A DNA stretch of 64,000 bases from an uncultured bacterium (GTDB lineage Bacteria > Krumholzibacteriota > Krumholzibacteriia > LZORAL124-64-63): the NCBI GenBank assembly GCA_937864225.1, contig CALMJK010000016.1, positions 127,636 through 191,635 of the forward strand. The letters run 5' to 3'. Shown in pieces: positions 1-10,337 of this stretch. The notes under the pieces are model-generated. The model worked only from the letters and a program-made list of their open reading frames with translations. It did not search any database and was not told the DNA's origin. Both the position numbers and the translations under genes were made by a program. Each line of letters begins with the position of its first letter. Position 1 is the stretch's first letter.

Positions 1-1
1 C

Positions 2-607
2 GGGCAGGATGCGGGCAGGCAGGTCGATGCCCGCGGCTCGGCCAAGGTCGGGCAGCTGGCGCAGCAGATCGATCAGCTCATGCAGAAGCTGGACGACAAC
101 GCCGCCTTCATGCGCAATCTCTCGGCGCGGGTCGATCTGCTGGCGACCCGCGCCGGCGTGCCGGAATTGCCCGCGCTGACCCCGGGGCCGGGCGCGGGCG
201 CGACCGCGGGCGGCGCCGAAGCGTCGCTCTCGGAGGAGGGCAGGGTCATCTTTCAGACGGCCTTGCGCGACCGCAGCCGCGGCAACGATGATCTGGCCCG
301 GCAGGGCTTCCAAGAGTTCCTGAGCCGCTATCCGCAGTCCGAATTGGCCGACGACGCGACGTATTGGCTGGCGGAGATCAACTATGCCGCCGGCGCCTAT
401 GCGCCGGCGCTCGACGGTTTTCATGATTTGCTGGCGCGTTACCCCTCCACCGAGTTGGCGGCCGCGGTGCTGCTCAAGACCGGATACTGTCAGCTGGCGC
501 TGGGTCAGGATCAGGCCGGCCGCCAGACTCTGCAGCAGCTCATCGCCGCGCATCCCGGTTCCGAAGAAGCCGCCTTGGCCCGCGACCGTCTCCATCAGGA
601 TCGTTGA
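2..607 (+). CDS. cpoB: Tol-Pal system protein CpoB/YbgF, 5'-partial
   Basis: Coiled coil followed by TPR repeats (FQEFLSRYPQSELADDATYWLAE; AAVLLKTG). The frame is open to the window edge. Confidence 0.85.
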   Translation, partial: GQDAGRQVDARGSAKVGQLAQQIDQLMQKLDDNAAFMRNLSARVDLLATRAGVPELPALTPGPGAGATAGGAEASLSEEGRVIFQTALRDRSRGNDDLARQGFQEFLSRYPQSELADDATYWLAEINYAAGAYAPALDGFHDLLARYPSTELAAAVLLKTGYCQLALGQDQAGRQTLQQLIAAHPGSEEAALARDRLHQDR

Positions 608-633
608 GTGCGTTTTCGCGCGAAGGAGCCATC

Positions 634-960
634 GTGCCGAAATGCCGAGTGTTGAAACAGGCCCGGATGCTGGAGCATGTCTTTCGGCCGGTCGAAATCG
701 CCGAGATCGACGGCGCCTATCATGCCTTCATCGTGCGCTACAGCGGCGACTACGTCACGCATCACCACCAGGCCGACGAGTTCATCTACATTCTCGAGGG
801 CTTGATCCTGATGGAAATGGGCGAAGAGCAGATCGAAGTGCGCCAGGGGGAGGGCATCCTGGTGCCGGCGGGCACGCCGCATCGCGCGCGCTGCCGGAAC
901 ATGGCGCTGGCTCTCGTCGTGGAGAAGAAGGGGCTGCAGCACGAGCGCGACGCGCGCTGA
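634..960 (+). CDS. Cupin domain protein
   Basis: Cupin motifs HHHQADEFIYILEG and VPAGTPH. GAAGGAG RBS precedes the GTG at 634. Confidence 0.85.
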   Translation: MPKCRVLKQARMLEHVFRPVEIAEIDGAYHAFIVRYSGDYVTHHHQADEFIYILEGLILMEMGEEQIEVRQGEGILVPAGTPHRARCRNMALALVVEKKGLQHERDAR

Positions 961-978
961 GCGCGCCGAGGGCCGATC

Positions 979-2013
979 TCAGCCCGCCGGTTCGCCGGCG
1001 GCGCGTTCCAGGCACTGCTCGATCCAGAGCACCGTGTCCCGACATCCGATGTAGAGCGGCGTTCGCTCGTGCAGGGCGCGAGGCGGGATGTCGAGAATCG
1101 CTCGACGCCCGTCGCTCGCGTAGCCGCCGGCCTGCTCGACGATGAAGGCGAGCGGATTCGCCTCGTACATTAGGCGCAGCTTCCCCTGCGGATGCCTTCG
1201 CGAACCGGGATACAGATAGACGCCGCCGTGGAGCAGGTTCCGGTGGAAGTCGGCCACCAGGGAGCCGATGTACCGCGCGGCCATCCGCGTTTCGGCTTGG
1301 CCGGCGCGGCCGTGCTTGAGCTGACGCACGATTTCGCGCACGGCCGGGCCCCAGTCGGGTTCATTGCCTTCGTTCGTCGAGTACACGGTGGCGCTGAAGG
1401 GGATGCGGATGTTCGCGTGGCTGAGCAGGAATTCGCCGATGCCGGGGTCCAGCGTGAAGCCGTGTACGCCGTATCCCGTGGTGTAGACGAACATGGTGGA
1501 CGAGCCGTAAATGACGTAACCGGCCGCGGCGAGGTTCCGCCCGGGTTGGAGCAGATCCTGGGACGAGACGCGGTCGCGGGGCGAAAGGCGCCGGGAAATG
1601 GAGAAGATGGTGCCGACGCTGACGTTCGCGTCGATGTTGCTGGAGCCGTCGAGCGGGTCGAACAGCACCAGGTAGCGCCCGCTGCCCTCGGCGGGCGCGA
1701 TGAAAACGGGATCTTCGTTTTCCTCCGAGGCGAGGGCGCAGACCTGTCCGCGTTTGCCAACGCAGCGCATGAACGTGCGGTTCGCGTACTCGTCCAACTT
1801 CTTGACGGCCTCGCCCTGCACATTCTGCGCGCCGGTGTCGCCCAGGATGTCGACGAGGCCGGCGCGGCTGACCTCGCGCGCCACGATCTTGGCGGCGAAG
1901 GTGATGTCGTTGAGCAGGCTGGTGAAATCGCCGCTGGCGCTGGGGTGAAGCCGCTGCATCTCGAGGATGTGCGACTCCACGGTCGTCAAGTTCGCGCCCG
2001 GTTCCCAGGTCAT
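979..2013 (-). CDS. fbp: Fructose-1,6-bisphosphatase class 1
   Basis: Motifs NVQGEAVKKLD, FDPLDGSSNID, RYIGSLVADFHRNL and GKLRLMYE. Confidence 0.97.
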   Translation of the reverse strand: MTWEPGANLTTVESHILEMQRLHPSASGDFTSLLNDITFAAKIVAREVSRAGLVDILGDTGAQNVQGEAVKKLDEYANRTFMRCVGKRGQVCALASEENEDPVFIAPAEGSGRYLVLFDPLDGSSNIDANVSVGTIFSISRRLSPRDRVSSQDLLQPGRNLAAAGYVIYGSSTMFVYTTGYGVHGFTLDPGIGEFLLSHANIRIPFSATVYSTNEGNEPDWGPAVREIVRQLKHGRAGQAETRMAARYIGSLVADFHRNLLHGGVYLYPGSRRHPQGKLRLMYEANPLAFIVEQAGGYASDGRRAILDIPPRALHERTPLYIGCRDTVLWIEQCLERAAGEPAG

Positions 2014-2222
2014 GCGCGTCTCCTCCGTCCCCGGCGGGGATTTCAGCGCCGAGCACGCCGCAGTCTAGCACCGGCCTAAAGCGGGCGCGACCTCGTTCCC
2101 TGCCGGCAAGTTGCCGTTGCCATCTCCCGCTCGGCGGCGCATCTTCGTCGGTGCACTGTGAGCGCGCAAGCAGTACGGGAGCGTTCCCGGCGCGGGGAGC
2201 GCGGTCTCCGGAAGGAGGAGCG

Positions 2223-3857
2223 ATGGATAACGCAGTCGTCAGGCCGCCCAGTCCACGCAACGAGCCCATCAGGGGTTACTTGCCCGGTTCGCCGGAGAAG
2301 GCCGAATTGAAGGCGGCCTTGCAGCGGCTTGCCGGGGAAACCGTCGAAATCCCGCTGTGGATCGGCGGCCAGCCGGTGCGGACGGGGAACCTGGGGGATT
2401 GCCGGATGCCGCACGACCACCGGCATCTGCTCGGGAGATACCACAAGGCCGGGGGCAAGGAAGCGCGCGCGGCGGTGCGCGCGGCCCTGAAGGCGCGACG
2501 CGACTGGGCCGCGACCCCGTGGGAGGCGCGCGCGGCCATTCTGCTGCGGGCGGCCGATCTGCTGGCCGGGCGCTGGCGCGCCACGCTGAACGCCGCCACC
2601 ATGCTGGGGCAGAGCAAGACCGTGTTCCAGGCCGAAATCGACGCGGCGTGCGAGCTGATCGATTTCTGGCGCTTCAACGTGCACTTCGCGCAACAGATCA
2701 TGAGCGAGCAGCCGGAGTCGGCGCCGGGTTGCTGGAACCTTCTCGAGCAGAGACCGCTGGACGGCTTCGTCTTCGCCGTCACGCCGTTCAATTTCACGTC
2801 GATCGCGGGCAACCTGCCGACGGCGCCGGCCCTGATGGGGAACACCGTGGTGTGGAAGCCCGCTTCGAGCGCGGTCTATGCGGCTCATTTCATCATGGAA
2901 ATTCTGCGCGAGGCGGGGTTGCCCGACGGCGTGATCAATCTCGTGCCGGGGAGCGGACGGGACGTGGGGGATCCCATTTTGGCGAGCCCGGAGCTGGCTG
3001 GCGTCCACTTCACGGGCAGCACGCCGGTGTTCCAGGGCATGTGGGCCACGGTGGGCGCGAACATCGGGCGCTATGGCTGCTACCCGCGCATCGTGGGCGA
3101 AACGGGCGGCAAGGACTTCGTCTTCGCCCACGCGTCCGCGGACGTGGAGGCGCTCGTGACCGCGCTCGTGCGGGGCGCGTTCGAGTATCAGGGGCAAAAA
3201 TGCTCGGCGGCGAGTCGAGCCTACATCCCGGACACGCTGTGGAAGAGCGTGAAGGAACAACTCGTGGCGGCGGTGTCGTCGATCCGCATGGGGGACGTGA
3301 CGGACTTCCGGACATTCATGGGAGCGGTCATCGACGGCGCCGCGTTCGAGACGATAAGCGGTTACGTGCGCGAAGCGCGCAAGGCGCGCGGGCAGGCCCG
3401 CATCCTGTGCGGCGGCGGGAGCGACGGAACGCGGGGCTGGTTCATCGAGCCGACCGTCATCGAGGCGCGCGATCCCGCCTATCGCACGATGCGCGAGGAG
3501 ATCTTCGGCCCCGTGCTCACGATTCATGTCTATCCGGAGCGGGACTTCGTGCCGACTCTCCGGCTTTGCGACGCGACCGCGGCTTATGCGTTGACCGGCG
3601 CCGTGTTCGCGCGCGATCGGGCAGCCATCTTGACGGCGAGCCGCGAGCTGACGGGCACGGCCGGCAATTTCTACATCAACGACAAACCGACCGGCGCCGT
3701 CGTGGGACAGCAGCCCTTCGGCGGCAGCAGGGCCTCGGGCACCAACGACAAGGCCGGTTCGCGCTTGAACCTGCTGCGGTGGACGTCGCCGCGCACGATC
3801 AAGGAGACCTTCGATCCGCCGCGCGACTACCGCTACGCGTACATGCTGGAGAAATGA
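2223..3857 (+). CDS. pruA: L-glutamate gamma-semialdehyde (P5C) dehydrogenase, stand-alone
   Basis: Motifs PFNFT, FTGST, GETGGKDF, FEYQGQKCSA, EEIFGP and QQPFGGSRASGTNDKAG. AAGGAGG RBS. Confidence 0.95.
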   Translation: MDNAVVRPPSPRNEPIRGYLPGSPEKAELKAALQRLAGETVEIPLWIGGQPVRTGNLGDCRMPHDHRHLLGRYHKAGGKEARAAVRAALKARRDWAATPWEARAAILLRAADLLAGRWRATLNAATMLGQSKTVFQAEIDAACELIDFWRFNVHFAQQIMSEQPESAPGCWNLLEQRPLDGFVFAVTPFNFTSIAGNLPTAPALMGNTVVWKPASSAVYAAHFIMEILREAGLPDGVINLVPGSGRDVGDPILASPELAGVHFTGSTPVFQGMWATVGANIGRYGCYPRIVGETGGKDFVFAHASADVEALVTALVRGAFEYQGQKCSAASRAYIPDTLWKSVKEQLVAAVSSIRMGDVTDFRTFMGAVIDGAAFETISGYVREARKARGQARILCGGGSDGTRGWFIEPTVIEARDPAYRTMREEIFGPVLTIHVYPERDFVPTLRLCDATAAYALTGAVFARDRAAILTASRELTGTAGNFYINDKPTGAVVGQQPFGGSRASGTNDKAGSRLNLLRWTSPRTIKETFDPPRDYRYAYMLEK

Positions 3858-3863
3858 GGCGGG

Positions 3864-3951
3864 TGGTGCCGGAGGTCGGACTTGAACCGACACGTCCCAG
3901 AGGGACACGGGATTTTGAGTCCCGCGCGTCTACCAGTTTCACCACTCCGGC
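3864..3951 (-). tRNA. tRNA-Leu(CAA)
   Basis: Reverse complement GCCGGAGTGGTGAAACTGGTAGACGCGCGGGACTCAAAATCCCG...GGTTCAAGTCCGACCTCCGGCACCA, with a long variable arm and encoded CCA. Confidence 0.96.
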
Positions 3952-3967
3952 ACCCAGCGTGGGCAGG

Positions 3968-3996
3968 ATGTTAGCTGGGACCGGCATCCCTGTCAA
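3968..3996 (-). promoter_or_regulatory. Sigma70 promoter for tRNA-Leu
   Basis: TTGACA-N17-TAACAT on the minus strand. Confidence 0.75.
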
Positions 3997-4015
3997 GGCG
4001 GTGTGCCGGCGGCGG

Positions 4016-4044
4016 TTGACACGCGGAGGGGACCGGTTCATATT
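4016..4044 (+). promoter_or_regulatory. Sigma70 promoter for tRNA-Ala
   Basis: TTGACA-N17-CATATT. Confidence 0.7.
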
Positions 4045-4067
4045 AGACTTCTGATCGGCTCTGGGGT

Positions 4068-4144
4068 GGGGCCATAGCTCAGTTTGGGAGAGCGCATGAC
4101 TGGCAGTCATGAGGTCAGGGGTTCGATCCCCCTTGGCTCCACCA
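4068..4144 (+). tRNA. tRNA-Ala(GGC)
   Basis: GGGGCCATAGCTCAG...CATGA-CTGGCAG-TCATG...GGTTCGATCC...TGGCTCCACCA, with the G3:U70 identity pair. Confidence 0.97.
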
Positions 4145-4305
4145 CCGTCCACTCGAGCGAATGCGCCGTTGCATTGATCCATTGAAGGCATGTCGATAAG
4201 GCCAATCGGAACGGTGACCTCCGGTCGCGGCGTTTTGTGCCTTGCGCAAGGGCTCGCAATCGGCTGAGCGCGCCGCGCGCCGTGGGAGGTCCGGGAGGAA
4301 CAGAC

Positions 4306-4953
4306 GTGCGCGTCGATCGCTGGATCAGGAAGCTCCTGCCGCGCGAAGACCAATTTCTGGCGCTGTTCGTGCAGGACGTCGAAAACATCGCCGAGGCCTG
4401 TCAAGTTCTGTGCGCTCTTTTCGCCGCCCCCGAGGATGCCGAGCGCGCGCGGCTGGCTTCGCGCATCGAGGATCTCGAGCATCGCGGCGACGAGATCACG
4501 CACACGATCTACCGCGAGTTGTCGCGCACGTTCATCACGCCGCTGGACCGCGAAGACATCAGCACGCTGGCCACGGCCCTGGACAACATCGTGGATCTCG
4601 TGGACCGCGCGGCGACCTGCACGCAGCTGTACGACATCACGTTCTTCGGCGAGCCGGAACGCGATCTCGCGGCGATCATCGAGAAAGCCGTCATGGAATT
4701 GAAGAAGGCGATCCCCTTGCTGCACGACCTGCGGCACGCCGACCGCATCCGGGAGGCCTGCGTCCGCGTGAACGCCTACGAGAATCAGGCGGATGAAATC
4801 TGCCATCGCGCGCTGGGGCGCCTGTTCCGCGAGGAGAAGGACCCCATCCGCCTGATCAAGACCCGCGAACTGCTGGCCATGCTCGAAGCGGCCACCGACC
4901 GCTGCGAAGACGCCGCCGTGCTGTTGGAAACCGTGCTCGTGAAGCAGGCCTGA
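4306..4953 (+). CDS. DUF47 / PhoU-like phosphate transport regulator
   Basis: Motifs LEHRGDEI, TFITPLDREDI, ENQADE and ATDRCED. Directly upstream of a PiT gene. GGAGG RBS. Confidence 0.9.
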   Translation: MRVDRWIRKLLPREDQFLALFVQDVENIAEACQVLCALFAAPEDAERARLASRIEDLEHRGDEITHTIYRELSRTFITPLDREDISTLATALDNIVDLVDRAATCTQLYDITFFGEPERDLAAIIEKAVMELKKAIPLLHDLRHADRIREACVRVNAYENQADEICHRALGRLFREEKDPIRLIKTRELLAMLEAATDRCEDAAVLLETVLVKQA

Positions 4954-4954
4954 C

Positions 4955-5941
4955 ATGCTGGCGCTCGCGGTCGTCATCATCATCATCGCGCTGGTTTTCG
5001 ACTATGTGAACGGCTTCCACGACGCCGCGAATTCCATCGCGACGGTGGTGTCCACCCGCGTGCTGACCCCTGGGCGCGCGGTCGTGTGGGCGGCCTTCTT
5101 CAACTTCGTCGCGGCGTTCGGTTTCGGCACTCACGTCGCCAAAACCATGGGACGGGGCCTCGTGCACCTGGACGCCGTCACGCCCGAGGTGATTTTGGCG
5201 GGGCTGTTGGGCGCGATCGCCTGGGACCTGATCACGTGGTGGTACGGCTTGCCGACGAGCAGCAGCCACGCGCTGATCGGAGGGTACGCGGGCGCGGCGG
5301 CGACGCACGCCGGATTGGGCGCGATCGTGTGGTCGGGCTGGATGAAGCCGGTGCTCTTCATCGTTGTCGCCCCGCTGCTGGGCCTTGTGCTGGGGTTTCT
5401 GTTCATGCTGGGCATCAATTGGATCTGTCGGCGCCAGACTCCAAGGCGCGTGGACAAACTTTTTCGCCGCTTGCAGCTGTTTTCGGCGGCGGTCTACAGC
5501 CTCGGGCACGGCACCAACGACGCGCAGAAGACGATGGGCATCATCGCGGGAGTCCTGTACACATCCGGTCTGACGCACGAGTTCAGCATTCCCATGTGGG
5601 TCGTCCTGGCCTGCCACGCGGCCATGGCGCTGGGCACGCTGTCGGGGGGCTGGCGCATCGTGCGCACGATGGGCATGCGCATCACGGAGCTGCGGCCCGT
5701 CGACGGCTTCGCGGCGGAAACGGCGGGCGCGATCACGCTCCTGGGTACCGCTCGGCTGGGCATTCCGGTCTCCACGACCCACACCATTACCGGGGCGATC
5801 ATGGGCGTCGGGTCCCTGCGGCGGCTCTCGGCCGTGCGCTGGGGCGTGGCGGCGCGCATCGCGTGGGCGTGGGTCCTGACGATCCCGGCGTCGGCGCTGC
5901 TCGCGGCGGCGGCCCTGCTGCTGCTGCGCCTGCCCCGCTGA
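4955..5941 (+). CDS. pit: Inorganic phosphate transporter, PiT family
   Basis: Motifs NGFHDAANSIAT, GLPTSSSH, HGTNDAQK and PVSTTH. Confidence 0.95.
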   Translation: MLALAVVIIIIALVFDYVNGFHDAANSIATVVSTRVLTPGRAVVWAAFFNFVAAFGFGTHVAKTMGRGLVHLDAVTPEVILAGLLGAIAWDLITWWYGLPTSSSHALIGGYAGAAATHAGLGAIVWSGWMKPVLFIVVAPLLGLVLGFLFMLGINWICRRQTPRRVDKLFRRLQLFSAAVYSLGHGTNDAQKTMGIIAGVLYTSGLTHEFSIPMWVVLACHAAMALGTLSGGWRIVRTMGMRITELRPVDGFAAETAGAITLLGTARLGIPVSTTHTITGAIMGVGSLRRLSAVRWGVAARIAWAWVLTIPASALLAAAALLLLRLPR

Positions 5942-6046
5942 GGCTTCCCGCCGAGGCGAATATTTCGGGCGTGCCAAGGTTATGTCAGTGGCGTCCGGTC
6001 CTTCCCCCGGGTCGCGGACGTCGCCGTCGTGAGGGAGGCCGCCGCG

Positions 6047-6349
6047 ATGTTCGAACTTGGCTTGCTCGTCCTCGTCCTGGCAGGGATTGGTCTGTCCGTG
6101 GGCCTGGCCGTCGCCTTGCTGGGCGCAATTTGTCACCTGCTGGCCATCCCCTTCGTGCTGCTGGGCTGGCTGCTGCGCGGGGTGCTGTGGCTGTTGGTGG
6201 CCCTGCCCGTGCTCGCGGCGCTGCTGGTCGTGGGCCTGCTCGCGTTGCCGGCCGCGCTGGCGGTTGTCCTGCTGCCCCTGGCGCTGCCGGCGCTCCTCGT
6301 CTGGCTCTCGTTTCGACTCCTGAGACGGCGGCGGGCCGGCGCGGCGTAA
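6047..6349 (+). CDS. Small hydrophobic membrane protein, function unknown
   Basis: Leu/Ala/Val-rich with a basic C-terminus. GGAGG RBS. Confidence 0.7.
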   Translation: MFELGLLVLVLAGIGLSVGLAVALLGAICHLLAIPFVLLGWLLRGVLWLLVALPVLAALLVVGLLALPAALAVVLLPLALPALLVWLSFRLLRRRRAGAA

Positions 6350-6431
6350 GGCGCGAAAGCGCTGGTCGTCGGTCACGTCCGGACTTACCATCCGTCTGCT
6401 CCGTGCCGACGTTAGGGCTGGGAGGTGCCGC

Positions 6432-7850
6432 GTGCCGCCGATCGTGGTCGTCTTCGAGGATCATTCCGTGGTGGATTTCCGGCCCTTGGCCTGGAGCCTG
6501 CCCCTGTATGAAATCCGCGGCGGCTTGCTGAACCTGCGCGAGCGTTTCGAGCGCGACTTGCCCGAGGTGGGAGGCCAGGCGCGCCTGGGCCTGTTGCCGC
6601 GCGGGCTGCTGGCGGCCTTGCAGGAGCTCAACTGTGAGCCCGGCACGGTGGTCGGCGTCGAGGCCTGTCGGGCCGCCGCGCAGCGCGGGGGCGCGCTCTT
6701 CGTCAACGCGCGCCTCGGCGCGCTGGCGAGGTTTCCTGGCGCTCTGTGCCGCGCGGCCGCGGGACAGGAGTGGGCGTGGGCGGACGAGGGCGGCCTGCTG
6801 GCCTGCGCGCTGGGCCCGGCGCGGGCCGTGGCCTGGCTGGCGGCTTGGGCGGATTGGGAGAAGCGCGCGGCGGCGGCCGGCGTCTGGAGCCGCGACGCGC
6901 GGCGGCCGGCGGCGTTCGCGCCGGACCTGGCGGATCTGGGGCCGTGCCCGGTCGATCCGACGGAGGGCCGGCAGCAGGGGGCAGCCTGGAGGGGCCTTTG
7001 GGAATTGGTGCCCGGCTTGGGCGAGGCGATCGGCGCGGATTGCGCGCTCACGGCGGCGCAGGCCGGCCTGCCGCCAAGGCGTCCCTTCGGGATCGTGCCC
7101 GACCCGGGCGCTTGGCCGGATCAGCCGCCCTGGGCGATGGGGACCACCTTGGCGAAGCTGGCGGGGGGCGCCCGCCCGGACCTGCACGTGCAGGGGGAAG
7201 TCTGGATCGGCTCGGAGGCGAGCCTGGCGCCGGGCACGGTGATCGATGGGCAGGCGGGGCCCGTCGTCCTGGATCGCGGCGTGCAAGTGCAGCCGCACTG
7301 CTACCTGCAAGGACCGCTGTACATCGGCCCGGCCACGCTGGTGAAGGCAGGCGCGCGGATCTATGGCGAGACCTCCATCGGCGCGGGGTGCCGCGTGGCG
7401 GGTGAGATCGCGGAAAGCCTGTTCTTGGACTTCGTGAACAAGCAGCACGAAGGCTTCATCGGGCACGCCGTGCTGGGAGCGTGGGTGAACCTGGGCGCGG
7501 GCACGACCTGCAGCGACTTGAAGAACAACTACGGCGCGGTGCGGATCGATTATGGGCTCGGGCCGGTCGACACCGGGTTGCGATTCGTCGGCGTGTCGAT
7601 GGCGGAGCACGCCAAGAGCGCCATCGGCACCCTGTTCAACACCGGCAGCGTGGTCGGATTCGCCAGCAACGTCTTCGGCGCCGGCTTTCCGCCCAAGACC
7701 CTGCCCAACTACACGTGGGGCGACCCGGCGGGTGCTCCCTACGATGCGAAAAGGGCGGCCGCTGTCGCCGCCACGGTCATGGCCCGCCGCGGGTGCCGTT
7801 TCCTGCCGGCGCACGAGCGACTCTTCCTGGACCTGGCGCGCTCGGACTAG
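6432..7850 (+). CDS. GlmU-like putative sugar nucleotidyl/acyltransferase with hexapeptide repeats
   Basis: N-terminal FED...FRPLAWSLPLYEIRGG. C-terminal left-handed beta-helix with NKQHEGFIGH, WVNLGAGTTCSDLKNNY and IGTLFNTG. Confidence 0.85.
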   Translation: MPPIVVVFEDHSVVDFRPLAWSLPLYEIRGGLLNLRERFERDLPEVGGQARLGLLPRGLLAALQELNCEPGTVVGVEACRAAAQRGGALFVNARLGALARFPGALCRAAAGQEWAWADEGGLLACALGPARAVAWLAAWADWEKRAAAAGVWSRDARRPAAFAPDLADLGPCPVDPTEGRQQGAAWRGLWELVPGLGEAIGADCALTAAQAGLPPRRPFGIVPDPGAWPDQPPWAMGTTLAKLAGGARPDLHVQGEVWIGSEASLAPGTVIDGQAGPVVLDRGVQVQPHCYLQGPLYIGPATLVKAGARIYGETSIGAGCRVAGEIAESLFLDFVNKQHEGFIGHAVLGAWVNLGAGTTCSDLKNNYGAVRIDYGLGPVDTGLRFVGVSMAEHAKSAIGTLFNTGSVVGFASNVFGAGFPPKTLPNYTWGDPAGAPYDAKRAAAVAATVMARRGCRFLPAHERLFLDLARSD

Positions 7851-8139
7851 ACCGCGCAACTTGCCCGCTGGCGGCGGATGCAGGCGCGGAATTGCATGCC
7901 GCTTCCCCATCTTCCACGGGGAGGCGGCGCGTTTCTCCTCGGCAAATGGCCGTCTGCCACGCCCGCTGGCCCGTACGGGCCCGCGACGCGGTTGGCACGC
8001 GCCTTGATACCGCGCATGGCACAAGTCTCCTGCGCTGTGCGCGAACTGTCCCGCGAATGCTTACACTCTCCGTGTGGTAGGCTTCTCTCGTGGGGCACGC
8101 GGCGGCAGTGGGGGACTTCTCCTTTTCCCCAGCCATGCA

Positions 8140-8169
8140 TTGACGCGCCCAGTTCGCCGGTGATAGCCT
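8140..8169 (+). promoter_or_regulatory. Putative sigma70 promoter of the BMC operon
   Basis: TTGACG-N18-TAGCCT with a TG extended -10. Confidence 0.5.
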
Positions 8170-8242
8170 GCGCCGGCAGCAGGGGCGTGGCGCCCGGTGG
8201 CCGGGTTGCCCGCCGCACTACCCCGAGGAGATGGAGGCGACG

Positions 8243-8530
8243 ATGAAGGAAGCCCTCGGCATGATCGAAACCCGCGGTTTCGTGGCCATGGTCGAGGCCA
8301 GTGACGCGATGGTCAAGGCAGCCAACGTGCAGCTGGTGGGCTACGAGAAGATTGGGGGCGGGTTCGTGACCGCCATCGTGCGCGGCGACGTCGCGGCCGT
8401 GAAGGCGGCGACGGACGCGGGTGCCGCCGCGGCCGGCAAAGTGGGCGAACTCGTCAGCGTGCACGTCATTCCGAGGCCGCACGGGAATTTGCAGGAAGTG
8501 CTGCCCATCGGGGGCGTGGCGGACGAGTAG
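8243..8530 (+). CDS. Microcompartment hexameric shell protein BMC-H (EutM/PduA/CcmK family)
   Basis: ALGMIETRG...[10 protein letters not shown]...KIGGG...[10 protein letters not shown]...VHVIPRPH. Confidence 0.97.
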   Translation: MKEALGMIETRGFVAMVEASDAMVKAANVQLVGYEKIGGGFVTAIVRGDVAAVKAATDAGAAAAGKVGELVSVHVIPRPHGNLQEVLPIGGVADE

Positions 8531-8538
8531 GAGGGAAC

Positions 8539-8841
8539 GTGCAGCTGGCGCAGGTGGTTGGCACGGTCGTCGCGACCCGGAAGGATCCGAAGCTGGGCGG
8601 TGCGAAACTGCTTTTGGTGGAGAATTGCGAACTCGACGGCCGCGGCAAGGGCGTCTTTCTCGTGGCCGTCGACGCCGTGGGCGCCGGCGAGGGTGAGCTG
8701 GTGCTGTATGCGAGCGGCTCCTCGGCGCGGCTGACGAAGGCCACCGACGGTCGCCCGGTCGATTGCACGATCATGGCGATCGTGGACGTGGTCGAGACCG
8801 GTGGCGTCGTGCGTTACGCCAAAGGCGCGGGTAGTTCGTGA
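8539..8841 (+). CDS. Microcompartment vertex protein BMC-P (EutN/CcmL family)
   Basis: [11 protein letters not shown]...[12 protein letters not shown]...GSSAR...PVD...IVD. Confidence 0.95.
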   Translation: MQLAQVVGTVVATRKDPKLGGAKLLLVENCELDGRGKGVFLVAVDAVGAGEGELVLYASGSSARLTKATDGRPVDCTIMAIVDVVETGGVVRYAKGAGSS

Positions 8842-10325
8842 AAGATGCCGGGCAACCCCTCCCCGCGGCGATCCGCGCCGCCGTGCGGCGCAACCTGGGT
8901 CGTGAAGGGGCCGCAAGGGCGGTGACCGAGACCGCCGCCGAGGGTTGGCGACGTTGGGACGACCCGGCTGCGCGGCGGTCAGCCAGTTCCGGGCAAGGCG
9001 AGGCGCAGCTGCACTCCGACCCCGCCGCGGCCGTCGCGGCCGCCAAGGCGGCCTTCGCCATCTTCCGCGACATCCCACTGCGCGATCGGACGGCCTACCT
9101 GGGCGCGATCCGCCGTGCGCTGCTGCCGCGGGCGGAAGAGTTGGCGCGCGCGGCGGTCCAGGAGACCGGCCTCGGCCGCGCTGCCCACAAGGTTCTGAAG
9201 AATCGTCTCGTCATCGAAAAGACCCCCGGCCCCGAGATCCTGGCGCCGGCCGCGATCAGCGGCGACGACGGCCTGACGTTGACGGAGTACGCCCCGTACG
9301 GGGTCATCGCCGCCATCACTCCCGTGACGAATCCCAGCGAGACGGTCATCAACAACGGTCTGAGCATGCTCGCGGGGGGCAACACGGTCGTTTTCAACGC
9401 CCACCCGAGCGCGCGTCGCGTGACGGCGCAAGCGATCCAGCTCGTCAACGCGGCGGCGCGGGAGGCGGGCTGCCCGGTCGATCTCCTGCACGCGTGCGCG
9501 GAGCCGAGCATCGAGTCCGCGCAGGCCCTGATGGCCCATCCCGACGTGCGCCTGGTCGTGGTCACCGGAGGCCCGGCCGTGGTGAAGGCCGCGCTGGGCT
9601 CGGGCAAGAAGGTGATCGCGGCCGGGGCCGGCAATCCGCCGGTGGTCGTGGACGCGACGGCCGACCTGGAACGAGCGGCGCGCTGCATCGTCGAGGGCGC
9701 CTCCTTCGACAACAACATCATCTGCGTGGCGGAAAAGGTGGTCGTCTGCGAGGCTGGTGTCAGATCGAAGCTGCTGGAAGCGATGGCGGCGCGGGGCTGC
9801 CGGGTGCTGTCGCCGGCGGAGTTGTCGCGCGTGGAGGCGGCGATCATCGCCAGCAGCCCGGGACCAGGCCGGCCGGCGCTGCTGCGGCGGGAATGGATCG
9901 GGCGCGACGCCGTCCGCATCCTGCGGGCGGCGGGCGTGGCGGAGGGGGGCGACCCGCCGCTGGCCCTGGCCTGCGTGCCGCCGGAGCACCCGCTGGTCTG
10001 GACGGAACAGATGCTGCCGGTTCTGCCGATCGTCGACGCTGCCGACGCCGATGTCGCGATCGAGATGGCGGTGCAATTCGAGCAGGGCAACCGTCACACG
10101 GCGATGATGCATTCTCGGGATGTCGAAATGCTGAGCAAGATGGCGCGGCGCATCGACACGTCCATTTTCGTGAAGAACGGCTCCTGCGCGGCGGGCCTGG
10201 GCGCCGGCGGCGAGGGGCCCACGAGCTTCACCATCGCCTCGCCCACGGGCGAGGGACTGACGGACGCGCGCACTTTCTGTCGTCGTCGCCGCTGCGTGCT
10301 GGTGGGCGCTTTCCGCATCGTTTGA
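8838..10325 (+). CDS. CoA-acylating aldehyde dehydrogenase (EutE/PduP family)
   Basis: Motifs [41 protein letters not shown] (catalytic Cys) and [11 protein letters not shown]. Confidence 0.95.
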   Translation: MKDAGQPLPAAIRAAVRRNLGREGAARAVTETAAEGWRRWDDPAARRSASSGQGEAQLHSDPAAAVAAAKAAFAIFRDIPLRDRTAYLGAIRRALLPRAEELARAAVQETGLGRAAHKVLKNRLVIEKTPGPEILAPAAISGDDGLTLTEYAPYGVIAAITPVTNPSETVINNGLSMLAGGNTVVFNAHPSARRVTAQAIQLVNAAAREAGCPVDLLHACAEPSIESAQALMAHPDVRLVVVTGGPAVVKAALGSGKKVIAAGAGNPPVVVDATADLERAARCIVEGASFDNNIICVAEKVVVCEAGVRSKLLEAMAARGCRVLSPAELSRVEAAIIASSPGPGRPALLRREWIGRDAVRILRAAGVAEGGDPPLALACVPPEHPLVWTEQMLPVLPIVDAADADVAIEMAVQFEQGNRHTAMMHSRDVEMLSKMARRIDTSIFVKNGSCAAGLGAGGEGPTSFTIASPTGEGLTDARTFCRRRRCVLVGAFRIV

Positions 10326-10337
10326 AAGGGGCTGGCG

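Noticed and set aside
3864-4144. tRNAs as integration sites of a genomic island
   Set aside because: I saw no duplicated tRNA 3' end, adjacent integrase or composition shift.
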